30,566 bases of DNA from Campylobacterales bacterium (GTDB lineage Bacteria > Campylobacterota > Campylobacteria > Campylobacterales > Thiovulaceae): the NCBI GenBank assembly GCA_012963895.1, contig DTUW01000178.1, forward strand, positions 4,434-34,999, read 5' to 3'. Positions 18,767-28,391 of this stretch are shown here, piece by piece; positions within the stretch are counted from its first letter, which is position 1, and every line of letters starts with the position of its first letter. The notes below the pieces were generated by a model. That model made no database searches, was not told the DNA's origin, and saw only the letters and a program-made list of their open reading frames with translations. The translations under genes and the position numbers were made by a program.

Positions 18767-20116
18767 ATGAAAGATATAGAAAAACTTATTCCGAAGTTCC
18801 ATAAATGGATAGAGAGCGACCAAAAAGAGCTAGAACTCCACCCAACAGAGATTGCATCAATTCTAAGAAGTTTCTATCAAGAAGATGAAGAGAAATTTTT
18901 TCAATATCTAAAAAAGATAGATACCAAATTTATTGGACAAATCCTATTGGAGTTACCTGAGAAATTGAAGTATGAAGCGATTCAAATATTTCCAGCCAAA
19001 GATTTGGCGAACTCTGTTCAGACTTTGGAATCTGATGATGCTACTGACCTGATTCAAGATATTGAAGACGAGGATAAGAAAAAAGAGGTTTTATCCCTAC
19101 TAGATAAAGAAGACCAACAGGAGATAAACCAGCTTTTACAATATGAAGAGCATCAAGCCGGTGCTTGGATGCAGACTGAGTTTTTCTATGTATTTGTAGA
19201 GGAGACAATTAGAGAGGCGATAGAAAAATTGAGAAAACTCAAATTGGAGGGAGAACTACAAGAGATATATACATTCTTCATATTGGACAAAGATTTCAAA
19301 CTCCTTGGATATATCAAAATAGACCAGTTGCTAATGTATGACTTTGAAACTACCTTTTCCCAAATCCTTTCAGACTTAGACAATAGAGATATTAAGGTCT
19401 ATGCTGACGATGATATAAAACTGGTTAGTAAGATGTTTGAAGAGTATGACCTCCAAGTAATCCCAGTAGTTGATAGAGATGGAAAGATGATAGGGCGGAT
19501 TACCTCTGACGATGCTTACGACATCATTTCAGAGATAGCCACCGAACAGGTTTATAATATGGCTGGGGTTGATGATGAGGTTGAAGAAGAAGAGGATATT
19601 AGGGAAATTATCAAAACTCGGGCATACTGGCTATTTATCAACCTCATCACCGCTATTCTAGCCTCTCTCGTCATAGGTATATTTGATTCAACCCTTCAAG
19701 CTCTAATACCACTCGCTATCTTGATGCCAATAGTTGCATCTATGGGGGGAAATGCAGGAACTCAAACCCTAACCGTCGTAGTTAGACAATTAGCATTGGG
19801 AGAGATAGAGAAGGGAGAAGGTTGGAGAAGTATTAGAAGAGAGGTGGCAATTTCGACCGTGAACGGGTTGATATTTGCCGTTATCATCTCAATAGTTACC
19901 TATATCTGGTTTAGTAATTTCATGTTGGGAGTTGTCATAGCAGTGGCTATGGTGGTCAATCTATTTATAGCTGGTCTATTTGGTTCTGTTATTCCGCTTA
20001 CTTTAAAATATTTCAATATAGACCCAGCCATTGGTAGCACTGTTCTACTTACAACAGCTACCGATATATTTGGCTTTTTCGTCTTCTTAGGACTTGCAAA
20101 GATGATACTAATATAA
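18767..20116 (+). CDS. mgtE: Magnesium transporter MgtE
   Basis: LESDDATDLIQ, CBS pair (AGAWMQTE, PVVDRDGKMIGRIT.DD), membrane part WLFINL, MPIVASMGGNAGTQ, DPAIGSTVLLTTATD. Confidence 0.96.
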   Translation: MKDIEKLIPKFHKWIESDQKELELHPTEIASILRSFYQEDEEKFFQYLKKIDTKFIGQILLELPEKLKYEAIQIFPAKDLANSVQTLESDDATDLIQDIEDEDKKKEVLSLLDKEDQQEINQLLQYEEHQAGAWMQTEFFYVFVEETIREAIEKLRKLKLEGELQEIYTFFILDKDFKLLGYIKIDQLLMYDFETTFSQILSDLDNRDIKVYADDDIKLVSKMFEEYDLQVIPVVDRDGKMIGRITSDDAYDIISEIATEQVYNMAGVDDEVEEEEDIREIIKTRAYWLFINLITAILASLVIGIFDSTLQALIPLAILMPIVASMGGNAGTQTLTVVVRQLALGEIEKGEGWRSIRREVAISTVNGLIFAVIISIVTYIWFSNFMLGVVIAVAMVVNLFIAGLFGSVIPLTLKYFNIDPAIGSTVLLTTATDIFGFFVFLGLAKMILI

Positions 20117-20123
20117 AAGGAGA

Positions 20124-21995
20124 TTGATGAAAGAGGTTCCATATCAGAAGATATTTAATAAGGCAGTTGAGCGAGTAATCCTCTCCTCTCTCATATTTCA
20201 ACCTGAATTTATCGAGGACTATATATCTGAAATAGATGAAGATGATTTTTACTTTCCATTCCATCGCGACCTATTTAGTGCGATGGTAAAGCTTGTAAAT
20301 AGTAAAAAAATAGTTACAGAAGAGCTATTAAAAGAGGAGTTGGAAAAAGAGGGGAAATTTCAAGAGGAGGAGTTCCTCAATATCCTATTAGAAGAGCCTG
20401 TAACCAAGTTGGAATACTATATCAAAGAGTTGAAGAATAAAAGCACTAAAAGAAAATTTTTACTACTTGCCAAAGAGATAGAGAATGCAATATTAGAGCA
20501 GGATTTAGATAGTTCCGAACTTATCGATTTTGTGGAAAGTCAAGTATATAAGATAGGACAAAACAACACTATCAAGGATTTCAAAAATAGTGATGAAGCG
20601 GTAGAGCTTACAAAAGAGTATATAGAGAAGATGAAAAATAGAGAGAATAAGAGCATTACAGGAGTTGATACAGGCTTTTTTGCTTTAAACAAAATGACAA
20701 CTGGATTTAATCCGGGTGATTTGGTAATTATCGCTGCTCGTCCCGCTATGGGTAAAACTGCATTTTCTCTAAATATCGTCTATCACTCTCTGAAACAGGG
20801 TAACGGAGTAGCCTTTTTCTCTCTGGAAATGCCGGTAGAGCAGTTGATGCTTAGGTTGTTTAGCATCGATTCTCTGATAGAACTCCAAAAGTTGAGAACA
20901 GGGGATTTGTCAGATGCAGAGTGGCAGATGCTCTATCAATCTATGGAGAAGTTTAGAAACTATAAACTATTTATAGATGATGATAGCGGTATCAATATCA
21001 ACCAGCTAAAAACTAAACTTAGAAAGTTGAAATCGAAAAATCCAGAAATTGGATTAGCTGTTATAGATTACATTCAAATTATGGGTTCAACAGGTTCAAA
21101 AGATAGACAGGCAGAGGTTAGCGAAATTAGTAGAGGGTTGAAACTCTTAGCAAGAGAGTTGAATATCCCTATCTTAGCCCTCTCACAACTGAACCGCTCA
21201 TTAGAAGCGAGAACCAATAAGAGACCTATTATGAGCGATATTCGAGAGAGTGGGTGTCTTGCGGGGGATACTCTAATTTTCAATACCAGAGAGAATAGAT
21301 ATGTTCGACTTGATACGATTGTCAAGAACCGAGATACCCTCCTCCCTTTTCCAACTTATGGAATGGACGAAAATAGAAATATTAGAGAGTTCAATATTAT
21401 CAACGGCTTTTTTTCAGGAGTCAAATTTGTCTATCTTCTCTCAACCTCATCACATCAGATTAAAGCCACAATAGAACACAAATTCTATACCTCCACCGGC
21501 TGGAAAGAGTTGGGAGATATTCAGATAGGTGAAGAGATAGCCATATTTGAAGATGGCAAAGTAGCCTGGGAAAAAGTGGTATCTATCGATGAGGTCGGAA
21601 ACATGGAAACTTTCGATTTGACTATTGAAGAGGTTCATAACTTTATAGCTAATGGAATTGTTGCTCACAACTCGATAGAACAAGATGCTGACATTATCCT
21701 ATTTGTCTATCGAGATGATGTATATAAGTTGAAGGCTGAAAAGGAGAAAGAGAAGGAGGCAAAGGCACAGGGTAAAAAGTATATCCCGCAAATTGAGGAA
21801 AAGAGCGAGGAGGTCGCCGAAATCATTATTGGAAAACAGCGAAATGGTCCAACAGGAGTTGTAAAGTTGAACTTTATCAAATACCAAACCCGATTTGTAG
21901 ATATTACCGATAGTTTTAGCGGTATTGATGAAGAGATTCAAACCTCTACTAAGATAAATATAGATGGCGATATGGTTGATATACCACCAATCTAA
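20124..21995 (+). CDS. dnaB: Replicative DNA helicase DnaB with mini-intein; 484 aa after splicing
   Basis: Walker A AARPAMGKT, FSLEM, VIDYIQIM, LSQLNR, DIRESG|...|SIEQDAD, KQRNGPTG. Confidence 0.97.
   Translation: MMKEVPYQKIFNKAVERVILSSLIFQPEFIEDYISEIDEDDFYFPFHRDLFSAMVKLVNSKKIVTEELLKEELEKEGKFQEEEFLNILLEEPVTKLEYYIKELKNKSTKRKFLLLAKEIENAILEQDLDSSELIDFVESQVYKIGQNNTIKDFKNSDEAVELTKEYIEKMKNRENKSITGVDTGFFALNKMTTGFNPGDLVIIAARPAMGKTAFSLNIVYHSLKQGNGVAFFSLEMPVEQLMLRLFSIDSLIELQKLRTGDLSDAEWQMLYQSMEKFRNYKLFIDDDSGININQLKTKLRKLKSKNPEIGLAVIDYIQIMGSTGSKDRQAEVSEISRGLKLLARELNIPILALSQLNRSLEARTNKRPIMSDIRESGCLAGDTLIFNTRENRYVRLDTIVKNRDTLLPFPTYGMDENRNIREFNIINGFFSGVKFVYLLSTSSHQIKATIEHKFYTSTGWKELGDIQIGEEIAIFEDGKVAWEKVVSIDEVGNMETFDLTIEEVHNFIANGIVAHNSIEQDADIILFVYRDDVYKLKAEKEKEKEAKAQGKKYIPQIEEKSEEVAEIIIGKQRNGPTGVVKLNFIKYQTRFVDITDSFSGIDEEIQTSTKINIDGDMVDIPPI
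21255..21671 (+). mobile_element. DnaB mini-intein (139 aa, aa378-516), no endonuclease
   Basis: CLAGDTLI start, ATIEHKF (TxxH), WKELGDIQIGE, TFDLTIEEVHNFIANGIVAHN|S. Insertion site RESG|SIEQD is that of the Ssp/Rma DnaB inteins. Confidence 0.96.
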
Positions 21996-22004
21996 GGATA
22001 GGAA

Positions 22005-23099
22005 TTGAGAGAATATTTTCTAAATCACTCCCCTATCTCCTTTCGATTTGCTCAAAATAGTAAAGATTTTATAGTTTCTGAAATTCCTCTATATAGTTGG
22101 AGTGGAGAGGGCGAACATCTCATTTTGCACATTCGAAAAAAGAATCAAACAACTTGGGAGATGGTAAATAGCATCGCAAAGGTTCTCAATATCGATAGTC
22201 GGAATATTGGATATGGAGGGTTGAAGGATAAACACGGATTGACTATCCAATATATCTCTATTCCTCGCAAATTGGAAAATAGATTATCAGAAATCGAAAA
22301 GCTTCCCAATATCAAAATCCTAGCCACCCATTACCATAAAAACAAAATCAAGATAGGACATCTAAAAGGAAATAGCTTTTTTATTCGATTAAAAAAAGTC
22401 TCTCCTATGTCGGCTAAAAAGATAGCAGAAGTTTTGAAAACTATCCAAGAGGTTGGAATACCCAATTTCTTTGGTTATCAGCGGTTTGGAATAGATGGAG
22501 AGAACCACAAGATTGGTAAAGAGATATTGGAAGGTAAAAGGTATATTAGGGATAGGAAAAAGAGAAAATTCTTTCTCAACTCCTATCAGAGCTACCTATT
22601 CAATCTATGGCTATCGGAACGGATTCGATTTAATAAAATGGTTGATGAGTTTTCAACTTCTGAACTGGCAAAGGCTCTCCAAACTTTGGGGATTTCAATT
22701 CAAAATATTGAAGTCCTCAAATCTCAACCTCATCACTTCAAACTATTAGAAGGTGATTTTATGCTCCACTATCCACATGGAAAGGGGTTCTATCTGAAAT
22801 TGGAGGAACTCGATGAGGTGGTGGAGAGATTTCAGAGAAGGGATATAGTTCCGTCGGGGCTTCTCTTTGGGAATAGAGTAAAACATGCAGTAGGTGAGAG
22901 TTGGGATAATTTTGAAAAGAGGTATATCGAACATGGAAATCTCGCCGATGGCGGAAGGCGGTTCGCTTGGATATTTCCAACTGATATAGAGTGGAGATAT
23001 AGAGAGGAGAGTTTTTGGTTTGAGTTGAGATTTACCCTTCCCAAAGGGAGCTATGCAACCTCTCTAATAGAAGAGATAGCTAAGAGGGACATAAGGTAA
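22005..23099 (+). CDS. truD: tRNA pseudouridine(13) synthase
   Basis: DFIVSEIP, GEGEHL, GLKDKHG (catalytic Asp), LKGNSF, PNFFGYQRFG, SYQSYLFN, FTLPKGSYAT. TTG start. Confidence 0.95.
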   Translation: MREYFLNHSPISFRFAQNSKDFIVSEIPLYSWSGEGEHLILHIRKKNQTTWEMVNSIAKVLNIDSRNIGYGGLKDKHGLTIQYISIPRKLENRLSEIEKLPNIKILATHYHKNKIKIGHLKGNSFFIRLKKVSPMSAKKIAEVLKTIQEVGIPNFFGYQRFGIDGENHKIGKEILEGKRYIRDRKKRKFFLNSYQSYLFNLWLSERIRFNKMVDEFSTSELAKALQTLGISIQNIEVLKSQPHHFKLLEGDFMLHYPHGKGFYLKLEELDEVVERFQRRDIVPSGLLFGNRVKHAVGESWDNFEKRYIEHGNLADGGRRFAWIFPTDIEWRYREESFWFELRFTLPKGSYATSLIEEIAKRDIR

Positions 23100-23103
23100 T
23101 CAG

Positions 23104-23508
23104 ATGATGTTTATTGTTTGGAATCTGAGAAAAGTTCCAATAGATGTCTATCTCAATAGAGTTACCGAAAAAATTAGAATAGAATTCAAAAAATCTGTTC
23201 ATTACGACAATTGTAGAATGGCAATTATTCACAATCCCAATTTTATAGATTTGAAGATATACAAAGTGAAATATATGTATCACACCTATCCATCTCATGA
23301 GAATGTAATAGAGTATTTATTGAAAATCAGACAAAAAGACACAATATTGGTAGTTGATGAAGAGGAAATATTGGATATGTATCTACAATATCCAGAGTTC
23401 AAATCCATCTTACATCTTAGAAAAGATTTCACATTCTCTCAAATTAGAGGCAAGTTTTCTATAAATTTAGACACAAGAATCAAAACTACAAAGATAGATA
23501 AATGGTAG
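23104..23508 (+). CDS. Hypothetical protein (134 aa)
   Basis: ORF fills the gap after truD, 4 nt after its stop. No family recognised. Confidence 0.6.
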   Translation: MMFIVWNLRKVPIDVYLNRVTEKIRIEFKKSVHYDNCRMAIIHNPNFIDLKIYKVKYMYHTYPSHENVIEYLLKIRQKDTILVVDEEEILDMYLQYPEFKSILHLRKDFTFSQIRGKFSINLDTRIKTTKIDKW

Positions 23509-24128
23509 ATATATATAACTCTGAATATTTGCTAAAAGAGTATATAAGCGAAATCAAGGTAAATGGCAATAAGTATAGAAAAAAATATAGAGTGGAATTT
23601 AGCCACCATATCTACAATGATACTCTGTATAGAATAGGGAGCGAATTTAGCCTATCAGAATTGAAATATTCCATGACACAACTATATGCAAAGATTGATA
23701 AATGCACAAATATAGAAAAACCTTGTGTCAAATTTTTTAAATTAGATAACAATAGAAAGATAAGATTTGTTTTTGTCTATAAAAAAGATAGTAATGTTGT
23801 AAGGTTTATTAGCATATCATTAGCTGTAAAAAATAGAGGTTTTGAGGTGATATTAGATATTCTTAAAGAGCAGAAGGATATAAAATCCAAAATTGCTAGT
23901 ATAGTTGCACATGTTCAATCTAATATCGATGAAATCGAGGATTACAAGTCCTATCTAGTTCTATTGGCCAATATTAGTTTGGTAATGAGACAAAAAAATT
24001 TACATAAAGAAGATAAAAACTTTTTTAAAAACATGAAACAGAAAATCTCAATGTTATGCGAACAGATAATATTGCAACACTTGTCAAACAACCAAAGTAT
24101 CACAAATATTCTAAAAGAATTAGAATAG
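23502..24128 (+). CDS. Hypothetical protein (208 aa)
   Basis: ORF overlapping the previous stop. Long open frame in very AT-rich DNA. No family recognised. Confidence 0.65.
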   Translation: MVDIYNSEYLLKEYISEIKVNGNKYRKKYRVEFSHHIYNDTLYRIGSEFSLSELKYSMTQLYAKIDKCTNIEKPCVKFFKLDNNRKIRFVFVYKKDSNVVRFISISLAVKNRGFEVILDILKEQKDIKSKIASIVAHVQSNIDEIEDYKSYLVLLANISLVMRQKNLHKEDKNFFKNMKQKISMLCEQIILQHLSNNQSITNILKELE

Positions 24129-24179
24129 GGGCTATTTTTGATAATATTCTAAATGTTCTATGTTAAAAAAGGAGTAAAT

Positions 24180-26318
24180 ATGTTGCTATTTAGGTATCTG
24201 GCAATTTTTTGGGTTTTAGCTTCCCTTCTATTTTCAGCACCAATAGATGAAAAGAGAGTATTAGTTTCTAAAATAGGTGCAAACAAATACAAAATGAGAC
24301 TATATTTCAATTACGAAAACCCTTACAATACACAGGCTACATTAGTTGGGAGAAATGCTCAATATGATGTAAATATACCTATTCCAGATAAATTCGATGT
24401 TTTGCATATGTCTTTAAAGATGAAATATATACCATCTCTCCTTTTGCAACACACCCGTTCAGTGATTGCAGTTCATGCAAATGGACATATAGCGAGACAA
24501 TTCAGATTGAACCAAAGCAAATTCAAAGATAGCGGAGTTACAACGATAACTTCAGATATTCCAACAAATTTTTTGTTGGATTACAACAAGATTGGGGTGA
24601 AAATTATTCAACACTATGCTAGTGGTCCTAGTGAGGATACATCGGTTCCTGAGCTATGGACACAATTAGACTTGCACCATAGTTATGTAGAGATAGTTTT
24701 CAAACTGAAAGAGTTCAAAGAGAAACTTAGTTCCATCTCTAAATTTGTCCTAGACCCAAAAGAGGTATTTAAAGAGACTCTAAATTTTGTATTTCCAAAA
24801 TATCCAAAAGATGGTGATTTCTTCAATTACGGCTTTTTTGCCCATTTTGCCGGGCGAACTTTGAAATTTAGAGATATAGATTTTTCAGTATCTACCAAAA
24901 TAGATGATAGACGAAACAACATCATTATCATGCCTCGTAAAGATTTGAAAAAGGTTTTTGAAAAATATGATATTAAGGATTTGGATAAGAAGATTTCGGG
25001 TAATATCAATGTAATTCAAAATCCTCACCGCCCTGAAAAAGGATTTATAGTAATTACAGGAAAAGATGAGAAAGAGATAAAGAATGCTCTATTCAGATTG
25101 AATAGCGACCTATTCCTATTAGATGAACAAAATATAAAAGTTGTCTCTATTGAAACTCCTCCACCTGCTCAACCATACTCTGCACCTGGATATATACTAC
25201 CTGGAAGCAAAGTATATTTTTCAGAACTTGGATATAAAACAAAGACATTTAGCGGAGAACAGCCAGAAAATCTATTCCTAAATTTCAAGATGTATCCAAC
25301 AGTTGACTATAACGATAATGATATGATTCAAGTTGTTATCAAGACGATAAATAGCAAAATACTAAGAAACGACTCAGCCATCAATGTATATATCAACAAC
25401 AATTTTGCATACCAATATAGAATATCAACAAATGAAAAAAATGACATCTACAATGCAGGATCTGACCAACAGTTCGAACTAGAAAACAGAAACTCTATTC
25501 CAAGTATTCTACTTAACAAAGGTCGAAATAGCTTGAAGATGGATATTACAATGTTCCCTATTGGTGGTCCTGCTCTTGTGAGATTTAACAACAAAATTCT
25601 AAAACTTATTATTCGAGATGACTCTTACTTAGTTTTCCCAGAGGCTCAAACAGAAATTGAATATCCAAATCTCCAATATGTAAAAGATTTGGCATTCCCA
25701 TTCTCTATCTATCCGGATTTACAAAATACAGGTATTTTGATTACCGACTTTGATAGTAGAACTATTGCATCAGCAATGTATGTTGCATTCTTCTTAGGAA
25801 AATTGGTCGATTATCCAGCCTATTACCTAACTATCACTCCTGATATTAATAAGATGTTGAAAAAAGATATTATCAGTGTTGGAAAGCAGGTAGAGCGGTT
25901 CGCCCTTCTATATCAAAATGCTCCTCTCAAATTTACAAAAGATGGATTAGTTAAAGAAATATCACTAGGTAAGAAATATATAGAGGTCAATGGTAAAAAA
26001 GTTGAAAAGTCTTTTGCCTCTGCCAAGATTGTTGAGAATGTAAATCTCAACCACTATCTCATTGTTCAAATGTATCAATCTCCATTTGATGAAAAGAGAG
26101 TTATTTTAGAAATTTCAGCAAATAATCCAGAAACCCTATATAAGGGAATTAAAAACGGATTTACCCCTGTTCATATGGGAACATTCCAAGGAGATACTTG
26201 GCTCTACAATGTAGATACCAATAAATCTCGTTCGTTCAGATTGCAGGATAGCTACACCCTCCATCAACTAATAGAAGGTGATAATATGTATGGAGAAGAT
26301 GATTTTATTGAAGAATAG
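24180..26318 (+). CDS. bcsB: BcsB-like periplasmic polysaccharide-secretion co-polymerase, paralog 1, no C-terminal TM anchor
   Basis: Start ATG 24180 after AAGGAG, signal peptide. BcsB-like motifs LLDYNKIG..QHY..ED..PELW, APGYI..VYFSELG, YPNLQ..FPFSIYPDLQNT, YQSPFDEKRVIL..FQGD. Family assigned from a remembered BcsB alignment. Confidence 0.8.
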   Translation: MLLFRYLAIFWVLASLLFSAPIDEKRVLVSKIGANKYKMRLYFNYENPYNTQATLVGRNAQYDVNIPIPDKFDVLHMSLKMKYIPSLLLQHTRSVIAVHANGHIARQFRLNQSKFKDSGVTTITSDIPTNFLLDYNKIGVKIIQHYASGPSEDTSVPELWTQLDLHHSYVEIVFKLKEFKEKLSSISKFVLDPKEVFKETLNFVFPKYPKDGDFFNYGFFAHFAGRTLKFRDIDFSVSTKIDDRRNNIIIMPRKDLKKVFEKYDIKDLDKKISGNINVIQNPHRPEKGFIVITGKDEKEIKNALFRLNSDLFLLDEQNIKVVSIETPPPAQPYSAPGYILPGSKVYFSELGYKTKTFSGEQPENLFLNFKMYPTVDYNDNDMIQVVIKTINSKILRNDSAINVYINNNFAYQYRISTNEKNDIYNAGSDQQFELENRNSIPSILLNKGRNSLKMDITMFPIGGPALVRFNNKILKLIIRDDSYLVFPEAQTEIEYPNLQYVKDLAFPFSIYPDLQNTGILITDFDSRTIASAMYVAFFLGKLVDYPAYYLTITPDINKMLKKDIISVGKQVERFALLYQNAPLKFTKDGLVKEISLGKKYIEVNGKKVEKSFASAKIVENVNLNHYLIVQMYQSPFDEKRVILEISANNPETLYKGIKNGFTPVHMGTFQGDTWLYNVDTNKSRSFRLQDSYTLHQLIEGDNMYGEDDFIEE

Positions 26319-26328
26319 GTAATTGGAA

Positions 26329-28388
26329 ATGGCAATCAGAGTATTTGTATTACTACTATCATTAGCCCTCCTTTTGGAGGGTAAAGAGGTAAAAAAAAAA
26401 GGGTTATAGTATCCCAGATTGGTGATAACCTCTATCGGTTGAGAATATATCTCAACTACGAGAATCCCTATAAAACCAAAGTTGAACTCAACCAACAAGA
26501 TGGAAAACTGAAATTTCCTCTACCTATCCCAGATAGGTATAAAGTTGTCAAAATCAGAGAGTATATCCGATATACTCCTGGTTTGGCGACAAAATATCAA
26601 GGCTCTTACTTCTTAGGTCTCCTCAACGGAAATATTATCTATCAATCTAAACTAATTACCGATTTGGGTCGTCGCAAGGCAAAAAGTGTCAAATTTGATG
26701 TTCCAATTGATAAGCTGTATGAAGGCTACAACAATTTAGATATTGCTATCTACCAAAGTCCAGTTGATGGAGGATACAACCAGAAGGGATTTCCATCTGT
26801 CTGGACTCAAATTGATATCGAAAATAGCTATATTGAGATGGACTTCTCCGTCCAAGATTTTGAGGAAAAACTAAGTTCAATCTCTAAATTTATGTTTGAT
26901 AACAAGTCAATCATCAAAGGCAAAGTAAATTTTGTTTTACCAGCTGTTCCAACAGAGACCGATTTCTACAATTATAGTTTTATGGCATATGTAATTAGCC
27001 ATATCTTGAAATTTAGAGATATTGACATCTTTGTATCTACTCGAATAAATAACAATATGCATAATGTCATTATTGCCCAATGGAGCAACCTCTCCAAAAT
27101 TGTTCAAGATAGAAGAATATTGGACAAAGTCAAGGGCAATCTCAATATAGTTCGAAACCCAAATAATCGCAAAAATGGAATCTTGGTCATTACTGGCAAC
27201 TCTCAACAAGAGCTAATCAATGGACTTTATACCCTCTTGGATAAAGATATAGAGATTTTGGACATTCCATCAATTAGAGTTGCAGAGTTCAAAGTTCCGC
27301 CGAAAGCTCCACCACTTTCAGGTAAAGGCTTTTTTCCATTTGATAAACCAGTGAAGTTAGAAAGTTCTATTTTTCAAAATGGCTCTATCTACTCAAAAAA
27401 CTCAGCTTCTATGTTTGATGGAGACTTCAAAATATATCCTATTGTAAATTTCCGAAATAGCGATAACAAGCCTATTACTCTAAATTTGAAATATTTCGCC
27501 TCTCAATCTCCAAACTTACAACTAAGTTGTAACATATACCTTAATGGTATCTTGGCATATACCACTATGCTTCACAACAATATCCAAGAAAACTCGGAAG
27601 TTCTATCTGAAAATATCACCTTCTCCCCTATCCTTTTAAAACCTGGATTGAACCATATTCGTATCAAATTGACTCACTCCAAAAGTGAAGATATTAAAGC
27701 TAAGATTTTGGAAAGTTCCACTATCACAATCCCAAAAGCTGAACCAGAGACCAAATTACCAAACTTGGAATATATATCCAAGTTGGCTTTTCCATTTTCC
27801 ATCTATTCAGATTTACAGGATACAGGTGTTCTAATTACAGATTTTCATGCCAATACAATTGCTTCTGCTTTTCAGGTTGTTTTTCAACTCGGAAGGCTCA
27901 TGAAAACTCCGCCTTACTATCTGACAATGACATATGATATAAATAAGATATTGGATAAAAATATTATTGTTGTAGGACCTCAAATATCCAATTACAAAGT
28001 TCTATATCAGAATGCACCTATAAAATTTATTCGTGGTGGTATCATAAAAGAGCAATATATCAAAGAGCTAAATAAAACCATTAGAACCAGAGAGATAGCC
28101 GATTTCTCCAATATCCTATTTGCCCAAACCTACCAATCTATTTTTAACCCAAATAGGATAGTTTTCGAACTAACCGCACAATCACCTAAAACACTACTTA
28201 AAGGGGTTCAAAATGGATTTGTGCCTATCCAACTCGGAAATTTTAAAGGTGATGTGTGGCTCTACAATATAGAGACAGAAGACCAACAATCATCTAGATA
28301 TAGAAAAAGCTATATTGCCGATGAGGTTTTCAAAGGGTTCAAAAATATCTATGCCGATGAAAAATATCTCGATATTGAGAACTTCTAA
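26329..28388 (+). CDS. bcsB: BcsB-like paralog 2, frameshifted at a poly-A tract just after the signal peptide
   Basis: ATG 26329 gives MAIRVFVLLLSLALLLEGKEVKKK, then TAG at 26407. The -1 frame continues RVIVSQIGDNLYRLRIYLNYENP, matching the N-termini of paralogs 1 and 3. Contains FPFSIYSDLQDTG and YQSIFNPNRIVF. Confidence 0.8.
26391..26400 (+). repeat. A10 homopolymer at the frameshift point
   Basis: Ten consecutive A. A11 or A8 would restore the frame. Confidence 0.9.
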
Positions 28389-28391
28389 ATC

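Noticed and set aside
21723-21800. Charged insert KLKAEKEKEKEAKAQGKKY in DnaB as a second insertion element
   Set aside because: No intein motifs; a helical insertion at this position is known in epsilonproteobacterial DnaB.
26439-26441. TTG start for paralog 2 as given in the ORF track
   Set aside because: Would drop the signal peptide and the conserved RVIVSQ segment found in the upstream frame-shifted sequence.
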